From a virus (taxonomy: Duplodnaviria > Caudoviricetes), in IMG/VR virus record IMGVR_UViG_3300022912_000001, positions 1-58,087 of that record: 58,087 bases of DNA. The stretch is one strand, 5' to 3'. Numbering within the stretch: position 1 is the first letter of the stretch; every line of letters begins with the position of its first letter. Under the pieces are notes generated by a model, which worked only from the letters and a program-made list of their open reading frames with translations, did no database searches and was not told where the DNA came from. The translations under genes and the position numbers were made by a program. Shown here one piece after another: positions 8,189 through 17,700 of the stretch.

Positions 8189-11100
8189 AGATTTCATTAT
8201 ATAAGTCAGCACTATCTGTAATTTGGCGGAAGAGCAGTCCGATGAGTGCTGGAGTAGTAAACATTAGTATACTATTCTGAGCATTCTCGGACACTTCCCC
8301 ATACTTTTCATCATCATCATCATATCCCATCATAAACATAGCTGTGAAAGCAGCCATCTTAATTGTCTGAGATAATATTGGAGACTCACCTGAGCGAACA
8401 AGAGTTGAGCCAAAGTTAAACACACTTACCTTCCTGATAATTGTAGATAGCAATGGAACTAGACTTATGAAAGTTGACAGTCCAGATGCTAGAAACCTCG
8501 TATACATTAAACGCAACATAATGACTGCATCGCCATCAATACTTGTATCTGCATTAAACGCTATTTCAGCCTCTTGCTTATTGAAATGCTTATTGTATAA
8601 ATGCTTTAATATTTGCATTTGTGCATTGTGCAACCTCTGTATGCTGTGAGCAGAACTCCTACTACCAGCAAAGAATCCCTTCATAGTGTCAAATTCAAAT
8701 TGTGTTTGCTGTGTCTGATAGCCCTTGTACTGGTTTAGCAGTCTAAATATACCAGAGAATGCCTCACCTAAATGAGCCTCAGTCATTCCAAACATCGTTG
8801 CGTATACAGCCCGCCTTCCTATCTCAATAGCCTGCGGTGAAGTATATACCTCATCCATAGTTTTAAGGTCTTCGGGCTTAACGCCTATCCTTGAAATGAT
8901 ACCCCTGTCAATAGCATCAAAGATGGCCGCTAGTGCAGTCATCTTCCTCATGTTTTTTTCACCGCCTGTGAACGTAAATAGTTCCTTGCCAGGCAAAGAC
9001 TCAAACCACCAAGACAACTTCCATGTTACCATAGCTTTGAACCTATCCTCTGCTATATTGCCAACAAGGGCTTTAAGCCTGCCTGCAACTAACTCCCTAG
9101 AATCCCCTTTTTTGGAAGCGATGAGTTGGTGAAGCATCTTCCTCGCATAGCGAATATCCTGCTTTTTGTCGCCATGATATTTTTCCTGTATCCTTGCCAA
9201 TAGTGCATCTACTGACTTTTTCTTCCTGTCACTAAATTTACCATTGACAAAATCACTTTGACTCAGCTTTGCAAGTCTAGCCCAGTCTATCATTGTAAGC
9301 GATGGAATGTTTGTGCCTGGGATGTTAGGCGTGTCAAATGGGTCTATAGTAGAATCAGATAACAGATAGTGTTCAAAGGCTGACAGCATATTTTCAACAC
9401 CCATTTGCGCAACCCTATCATCCCAAACTTTACGCTCTTCAACAGTACCTGAATTAATAGATGACCATGCCTCACCTATCGGCTTCATCCCATAACGAAT
9501 ATAGTTGTTGAGAATCTGTGTATTATTGCCTAATGCACCCTTTGCGCCCAATACACGCATTGATACTGCGCCAGCCATAGTCAGAATTAACTTCCTTGCA
9601 GAATAGGCATCGTATGTAGAGCCACCAGTAAAGGCTTTAGGCAATTTATTTAATAGGTTTGCGACCCATATATAGTTGCCCTTGTCTTTGTTCTTACCTA
9701 ACAACCCTCTAATGCTTGGGTCGCCAAGTGTCTGCCTAACCTTCATCTCTGCATAGTCAACTACATTGTGGTTCACACCAGCCTTAGTCATGTTAAATTT
9801 AGACTCTAATAATTTCAGGGTAAGCTCATTGTTGAATTGTTGGGTAAGAGCACCCTTCATATAGTCAGACACAACATTCGCACCCTTACGCCTTTTCAGC
9901 GGGTCAGTCCATGACACTCTTGACTTAAATGAATTAATTTGCTTATTGAGGATGGTTGAATTTACAGTCTTCCCGTCATCACTACCGCTTGACCTCTCCG
10001 AGTTATATGTTCTGAGTTTTTGTATATGTGCTCTACTCTCTTTGAGTTTTTTGAATTGCTTTATATGTGCGGCCTTCTCTTCGGCAGTAAACTCAGATGT
10101 GTCAAATCTTGCGTTAGTATCCATCTGATTCTGAATACTGAGGATTTCCTTATCCATCATTTCATCAAGAACTTCACCCCTGTAACTGCGTGGAAAATAA
10201 TTCTCACGAATATAACTAAACCATGAGTTGCCAGTCTTTATACGGCCATGTCTATCACGATATACGCGATTCATGACATCGCCAGAATATAGCACATCGT
10301 TTATCCATTCATCTACATCAGTCGTAGTGCCGTTCTTCTTATCCTCTTCTGCTAACCATGCTTCTATACTATCTGCTACATTGTTAAGCTTTTGCTCTGT
10401 AATCTCATTCCTTCTTGCAGTTTCTTCTGCAAACGTTCTCAAGTCACTACGCTTGATTGCAAGTGCCTCATAGAACTCTTGTGTGAATATGCCCTTGTTT
10501 ACATCTGGCATTAGAGTGAATTTCTTATATACTGGATATTGGTTTCCATCATGAGTCTTTATATATGAAACATAGTCTGAACGATAATAGCCGTCAGCTG
10601 GCATCTCTTTGATATGAGTATTCCCACTATCTACAAGACTATGCCATTTCCCATCTGCCTCATCCTGCTCACTTACAATGTATGCATCTCCATTGCCAAC
10701 AGCATCCTTGTCCTCAATTATTACATACATGTAGTTCGTTGTGCCAATTCTAATATACTGCTTTTTACTATTCTTATCTTTATCATCTAACAGTTTACGA
10801 AACTCAGCATCATCCCTAAAGTCATCCTCAAGTCTATTGAATCTTCTGAACTTTAGCTTCTTCACTTGCCCATCAAGTATTTCCTGAGTGAATACGGCAG
10901 ATACCATAAGGGCTAATTTTTCCTTATATATCTTGTCTGTGAGGTTTGTCTCACCTGCTGTATGCCACTTCTTGTCAGTCCACATATACTCCCTGCGACC
11001 GCCAACTATACGCATATCTATAATTCGTATATCTTTATTTGCCCTGTTTTGGTTATGCATTGGGCCAAGTCCAAGATTGCCGATATTCAAAGCGTTGTCA

Positions 11101-11726
11101 GCAATCATCCCATTCAATACTTTTGTAAGCTCTGCTTCTGAGGCATTGATATTAGCCATGTACTTAAAGAAGTGTTGGTTAATAATATCAGGTGTGTCCA
11201 TAGCTAAACGCACAAGCTTCTGAGCTATACCTGACTTATCCCAGTTAAACATAACAACAGCAGGGCGACCTAAAGCTCTGTCTAATAGTGGAATATCACC
11301 CTTGCCTCCATTAGCGGCTAACGCCTTTGCAACCTTGCCATTCCTGTTCTTAATTGTCTTGTCTACTATCTTGACTAAAGCCATTGCCCTGCGTGGCCCA
11401 TTAATAACTGTTTCAGGGTTAATGCTTTGGCCGCCTGTGAACCTTGTCAACTCCTCATTCCACCCAGTAACAAGGTCTTCGATGATAGTGGTGTCATATT
11501 CCCTGAATGAGCCGACTTCTGTAATGTCAGTCACAAGCATATTGTTCAATACTCTTGCAAACTTCAGTCTCGCTGCTTCATTGCCAGTAGCGGCCTTCAC
11601 ATCAGCTTCAGTAACATTGCCTACCATCCTATTGACATGAGCCTTTGCCATCATTATATATGAATTTCTTGCAATATTCTCTAAAGACTTGTCGCGGTTG
11701 CTGTTTTTACTACACGTTGTTGCCAT
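8175..11726 (-). CDS. Large putative internal virion/ejection protein (1183 aa)
   Basis: Directly follows the RNAP-like gene; helical; hydrophobic C-terminus; function inferred from position only. Confidence 0.6.
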   Translation of the reverse strand: MATTCSKNSNRDKSLENIARNSYIMMAKAHVNRMVGNVTEADVKAATGNEAARLKFARVLNNMLVTDITEVGSFREYDTTIIEDLVTGWNEELTRFTGGQSINPETVINGPRRAMALVKIVDKTIKNRNGKVAKALAANGGKGDIPLLDRALGRPAVVMFNWDKSGIAQKLVRLAMDTPDIINQHFFKYMANINASEAELTKVLNGMIADNALNIGNLGLGPMHNQNRANKDIRIIDMRIVGGRREYMWTDKKWHTAGETNLTDKIYKEKLALMVSAVFTQEILDGQVKKLKFRRFNRLEDDFRDDAEFRKLLDDKDKNSKKQYIRIGTTNYMYVIIEDKDAVGNGDAYIVSEQDEADGKWHSLVDSGNTHIKEMPADGYYRSDYVSYIKTHDGNQYPVYKKFTLMPDVNKGIFTQEFYEALAIKRSDLRTFAEETARRNEITEQKLNNVADSIEAWLAEEDKKNGTTTDVDEWINDVLYSGDVMNRVYRDRHGRIKTGNSWFSYIRENYFPRSYRGEVLDEMMDKEILSIQNQMDTNARFDTSEFTAEEKAAHIKQFKKLKESRAHIQKLRTYNSERSSGSDDGKTVNSTILNKQINSFKSRVSWTDPLKRRKGANVVSDYMKGALTQQFNNELTLKLLESKFNMTKAGVNHNVVDYAEMKVRQTLGDPSIRGLLGKNKDKGNYIWVANLLNKLPKAFTGGSTYDAYSARKLILTMAGAVSMRVLGAKGALGNNTQILNNYIRYGMKPIGEAWSSINSGTVEERKVWDDRVAQMGVENMLSAFEHYLLSDSTIDPFDTPNIPGTNIPSLTMIDWARLAKLSQSDFVNGKFSDRKKKSVDALLARIQEKYHGDKKQDIRYARKMLHQLIASKKGDSRELVAGRLKALVGNIAEDRFKAMVTWKLSWWFESLPGKELFTFTGGEKNMRKMTALAAIFDAIDRGIISRIGVKPEDLKTMDEVYTSPQAIEIGRRAVYATMFGMTEAHLGEAFSGIFRLLNQYKGYQTQQTQFEFDTMKGFFAGSRSSAHSIQRLHNAQMQILKHLYNKHFNKQEAEIAFNADTSIDGDAVIMLRLMYTRFLASGLSTFISLVPLLSTIIRKVSVFNFGSTLVRSGESPILSQTIKMAAFTAMFMMGYDDDDEKYGEVSENAQNSILMFTTPALIGLLFRQITDSADLYNEIFSDE

Positions 11727-11728
11727 GA

Positions 11729-14700
11729 TTACACCTTACACTTATTATAATATTCATCAACCCTCTTAGACAAAGCCTCTCTTATGGCTTCCCTACCCTC
11801 AACTGTTGCAATAGCCTGTTGTATAGACTTAAACCTCCAGCCCCTTAATTGGGTATATGCATCATATATCTTCTGTGACTTCATTGTATCTGCTGGCTCT
11901 ATCAATTCATAGCCATGCTCTTCAACCATTGTCTCTATAGTTTGAGTAACATCACCATCAAACTTAACTAAGTTATTAAGAGCTTGCTGTCGTATCATTC
12001 CATACATTTGATATATCTTATTATGTTGGAACCTTACTGGGAATAGCTTTTGGAAGTCAACTTTATTCGTAGCCTTCCCTTCCTTATTCCTTGTATCTAA
12101 TGAAGTTAGCGAGTGTAGCGTAGCAATCATTTTCTGTGTATCTGTTAATGCATTCCACACAACACCAGCATCCTCAAACAACTTAGCAAAGCGGTCATTC
12201 TTGTCTATTTTCACCTTATCTGGGTCGCCAGTCTCATCAATAACTTTCATGTACTGAGAGTTAAAACCATCTGCCCAGAGAACTGCTTCGGCTAGTTCTG
12301 CATCTGTAATTCTATCACCTTCTGTAAGTGTATTATATACATCAACAAGTGCCTGCCCTGCAATGACATGAGCCGCTGTATTCATTCTTGGAGTCCAATG
12401 CAATGGGTCATATTTAAGATTGCCATTGTCTAGCTTAGATGCTTCCTCTCCGAACTTAGCAATCATTGATTCAATAGGGCTGAGTGATGGGTTGCCCATT
12501 TCAATGCTAGTCTTTTTATAATACCCACTATTTATCTTAGCAGTATAGTCTCCATCAAGCCTGTTTATAGTTTTAAGGAACTGTTCCATTTGGTCATCAA
12601 GTTGCTGTTGAAAATGCTCAGGTTCTGCATTGTATAAGTCATTCAGACTCTCAGCCATAGATACAAGGTCATTAAAGTTAAGCTGGTTGCCGCCAAGCTT
12701 ACCCTGTCTACGACCTATTTGGTTTAGGAACTTCATAGCGAACCCGCTAATTGCCTTCCTGTCCTTGTCGCCAGTCTCACTATCGTCTACTGGAAACTCT
12801 TCCGCAAACATAAGGTCTTCGATATAATTTGCAGGTAGTTTGGATAGTAAGCCAAATTTAGCATCATCTGTAGCGGCCTGTGTCAGTATTGAATATACAT
12901 GCTCTACTGTAGTTTTTAAATATACAGGGTTGTCAAGTTTGCGCAATTCTTCAACTGTAGTAAACTCAACTTCGTTACCATCAACAAGGTCATCAACTAT
13001 AATATCACCCTGAGCTATAATATACTTCTGTATGTCCTCATTACTAAGGTACTCAACGTCAAGTGGGATTGGGAATACTTCATTAGGTGCAAACGTTCCT
13101 TCTATTGGCTCACCATCTTCATCATATTCTCTTTCGTGAGGTTCTTTCATTGTGTACGTTCTGCCATTGACAGTAATTTTCACCTGTTTGTATGATAGAG
13201 ACTTGTGCAATGATGCCTGAGTCACAACTATACCAACTGCATTTTCCGCTACATCTTGATTCTGAATAACTTGCTTCATGTCGCTGTTTATCAAAAGGTT
13301 ATTCGAGCCAATCTTATCTAGCTTCCTGCTGAATAGCTCAAGCCGTAATAGCTTGTCTCTCCATTTCTTATCTACGCTCTTGCCCTCAAAAGCATCACGA
13401 TAAGCCTGGAGATAACCACTCTCAACATCCTCAGTCCTGAAGAAGTCATAGTAGCCCTTGTCACCATCCCAGTCACCCTCAAAGATTTCAGTAATGTCAG
13501 CCCATGTGTGAAATACATTTGAGCCTGCACCGAATCTGAATGGAGCAAGCTTAAAGGGTCTTGCAGTAGTCCATCTATTAACTGGCTGTCTTGAGGCTAA
13601 TACATAAACCTCTCCACCATCTGTAATCCACTTGTTAATTATTTCAACTCTAGCCTTTAATGGTTGAGCATTAAATTCTCTGAGTGTAATATCTTTGTCT
13701 AGCAGATAGTGCTTAACTGCCTGGTTCAATGCAGACTTGTTATCAACACCAAAGGCAACTTCCCCATCCTTAACTTCATCGGAGAATATGTCTGGCTGAT
13801 AGTATGCTTGAGTCTGCGAACCATCATTCCTTCGCCCCTTAAAGATATTGTTCTTGATATACTTGTTTGCAAGGTAATCAAGCATTAACGGCATGTTTGT
13901 AGGATGAGACAGCATTGAGCCTGTAGGGTCTTTAATTAATACCTGTTGTAATTCTGTAGGTATCTCTCCATCCTCAAGTGTCCTGTTGATTTCAGCCTTC
14001 ATAACAGCAGGATTTGACAACAATTCAAACAACACGCCTGAATGCTTAACAACATTAAGATTGTTATTCTCTATAATTGCATCTACAAGCGCATCTATAT
14101 GTTCATCCTGAAACCTTGTGGACATCATCTCTGCGGCCGCATATGGAAAAGCTGAAGTAGTTGTTGACTTGTTTCCGTTTGTAGTCAGTAGCTTAACATC
14201 ATTTTCATCTAGCTCATGTATTTCATACATAGCATCGAATCTACCATTGGTATTCTTTGCCTCATTCGGAGATGCAATCCTGTCGAACCGCTTGCCTCCT
14301 GCCATGAAATAAGTGCCGTCTTTAGCCTTGCCTGTAGTAGCAATAACAGTACCATCTGGGCGTTTAAATACCAAACCTTCAGGCAGTACAAACTCAGCAT
14401 GCTTCATACCTAAGTAGTCAGTAATGCCAGGCTTACTCAGCTCATGCTTGCCATTGTCATCCCTGTGGTTAATAACAGTTTTAGCATATGCTAAATTATG
14501 ACCATCGCCAGTACGCTTATACCCAAATACTTCAGCATAGGCATTCATTAAGCCGCCTGATGTAAGGGTGGCACCATCAATCTTACTGTACTCAACCTCC
14601 CTGCCGTTTGGCATCACAATAATAGTATCTTCAGGAACTATCATAATTGTATTTGTAACAGCAGTATTCTCTATATACTTATTGAGTCCAACAGGTGTCT

Positions 14701-17700
14701 TGCCCTCAGTCATATCAATACGCAAGCGGTTGAAAAAGTCTTCAATACCCTTCCACTTGCCAGGCATTAGATACTGTCTATGTCGAGTCTCTTTAGCCCA
14801 CTCATGCACACCTATAACCTGCATTAAGGCATAAGGATTCTTCTTCAATAGCGGTAAATTAGCTTCATAGATTTGGTCTGCCATTACAACTGGAATAGTC
14901 CCATCCTCAACTTCAGCATCTATGTATGCTCGATATGTTTCCTTCTGTGTTTCTATAAACTCAAGATAGTTAGCTCTCGTTACATTCTTATCAAAGGGAA
15001 CTTCAACTGAGGCAAATGTAAGTTGACTACCATCACCACCCTTAGTTGCCGCAATAGTATATAGCTTGTCGAAAGCACCGCTCTGAAAGCTCTTTGCGAA
15101 TTGCTTGTTAAGTTCATCTACAAGGGATACTGTTATGCCATCTGCATTCTTCTTGAAGAAGTTATATTTGCTCTCATCTTCGCCAACCTTTTCATCAAAG
15201 ATGTGCTCCAGTAGGTCATTCTTAGATATTGAATGGGTCTCAATTTTAAGCTTACTGTTCAGCTTCCTGCGCCTCTCTAGGAAGTTCTCGCTGACCATTA
15301 GGGCTAATAGCTTATCTGCCGCTTTATCCCATAGTCTACCCTTAACTTCAGGATGCTCTTGCTTGCGCTGAATAGTTTGAAATTCACCAGCTTTGTCAAA
15401 TATCACTTCCCACATTGTGCGTAGGATGCCTTGATTGTTTTCTGTAGTATAATACTCTGTAGCTGAAATTTTACCTGCAAACATCTGTTTCAATGAGTTC
15501 TCGAACTTGTCACTAAATTTATTCCAGTTTTCAATCTTAGATTTTGGTATTCTATCCTTAAAGCCTTCATATCTAATTTCTGTACCATCTTCATTGGACC
15601 CAAGACTCCTACCTTTCTCTCCGAACTTGCGAAAGTTATTAATAAATGTAGTGACATTCGGGCTTTCCCTGATAACGTCAACAAGCATTGCATACTCTTC
15701 GCCAGTGAAGTTTACGCCTATCTCACTAAGGAATACAACAGCATCATTACCGCCTGTACCTACTGCAATATTATTAACGTCTGAGTTTTCTTCTGTGTTC
15801 TTAGAGTAGGCAACACCATCATAATATGATTCTACCGTTTTAAGGTCTGCATTGTAGAACATCTCTCCAAGTAAGTCGCCTGTAGCATCTACATTGCCTA
15901 GAAAGCCCTTAACTGCCTGTACAAACTTCTTTAGCCAGTTACGCATCAGGTTCTTTTCGTATGTACCCTCACGCATCTTGTTTGTATAGTATTCGCCTAT
16001 CTTCTGTACAAGTGCTTCTTCTGCCTGCTTCTGTGTCATACCAGGCTTTCTGTAGCGTTTGAGACCAAGCTTGACAGCGTATGTATCACGCATCATTGAA
16101 ACCCAGATATGTGCGAACTCATGAGGAATGGTGTCAATAGTACCTTGCTCACTAATAGTAATCATATCACGAACTGCCATGCCGAATGCCTCAATGCCAT
16201 TGGCTTGAATTAGCTCTTCAATTATCTCTACCTTAACATTCGGGAACTGCTCATGTAAACGCTTGAGCATCTTAGCTGATAGTGACTGGTCATCCTTTAC
16301 AAGCGTTTCATTTTCAGTTATGGATTCTTTGAAAACATGGTCATCATTGCTTGTCTTGTTGTTACCATCAGGCGTATCGAAAAAGTCATCAACATCTTCT
16401 TTAGTTGGAGTTGTATCTTCTTTAATATCCTCTGCAAGTAATTGTTCAAGCCCCTTATCTTCTCTATATTCTTGTATAAACTGTTCGTCAACAACTCTAT
16501 CTTGGTGCCTTTCAGCTAAAGCTTTCCTAACCCTAATAGCAACAGTTGGGTCTGATTGTGCCGCCATCAATACTGCATTTTGCAAGCTTGTAGATACTCT
16601 TGCATTCATGTTTTTCCCAGTAACACGATACCTTCCATCATCAAGCCTTATAAGCGTTACGTCTGATTTTGATATACGGTCATTGTCAACTTTTGCCTGC
16701 TCAATAAATTCATTAAGAAATTCTACTGCTTCATCATCAGTATATCTATTAGTTTTCTTATTGAAATAATTACCGTGGCGAGTAAAGTCCTCTATCTCTT
16801 TTTCAATTGGAGTAAGTGATTCACGTCTAGCTCTTTCAGCAGCCAGTTTCTCGCGTGCAGTAAGCTTAGTCTCCTGAGTTGGCTTAGTTGCTTTAGTACC
16901 AAGAGCTTTTGCTAGTGTTACATCGCTTAGTCTTGTCCCTCTTGTCTTTGTACGATTGCCCTTTTCGTCAACCCTGTATTCATCAACGAACAGCATGTCT
17001 GACACTCTATTTGGAGTGCTTGTTACAACATAGACATTACCATCAACGCCAGTAAACTCATCTCCCTGAACAAAGTCCTGAATAACACTTTTACCTTCCC
17101 TGCCTGTAGTCTCTTGAGTAGTCTTTGTAGCTTGAGTAGGTGCGGTAGCTTTCGTTGCTTCTCGCTTAGTATTGATAGCCTCAACAATACTGTCCATGTT
17201 ACCAGTATATTTAACGCCTTCATCTTTGGCAAGTTTTACGAGTTCATCTCTATTCTTGAACTGCTCTTTAGTAACAGGTTCAGTGGCTTGAGTTGGTGCT
17301 GTAGCTTCAGCCTTATCAAACATAGTTGGAAGACCACGAACATATTCAGCTTCTATGATTTGCGAAAAGTCATCACTCTCAATTAACTGCTCATCAGTAA
17401 CCCCATACGGGCTTTCTTCATCTAACAGTTTATCATAGTTATCAATAAGTGCGTTTGCCTCTGAGCTAGTAAAACCTGCTTTTGTAAGTGTCTCATGGAC
17501 ATATTCTTCCTTAATATTATCCATAAGATAAGTAATGGCATTTTCTTCAGCATATTCCTCTTCAGCATCTTGGTTATCTTTTTTATTCTCCTTTGATACC
17601 AACTCTCTTACTCTATTAAGCTTTGACCTGAGTACATTCTTAGCACCCTCAACAGTACCATCTGATTCTGCGATAGGCGTTTCCTGCTGTTGCTGTTCAG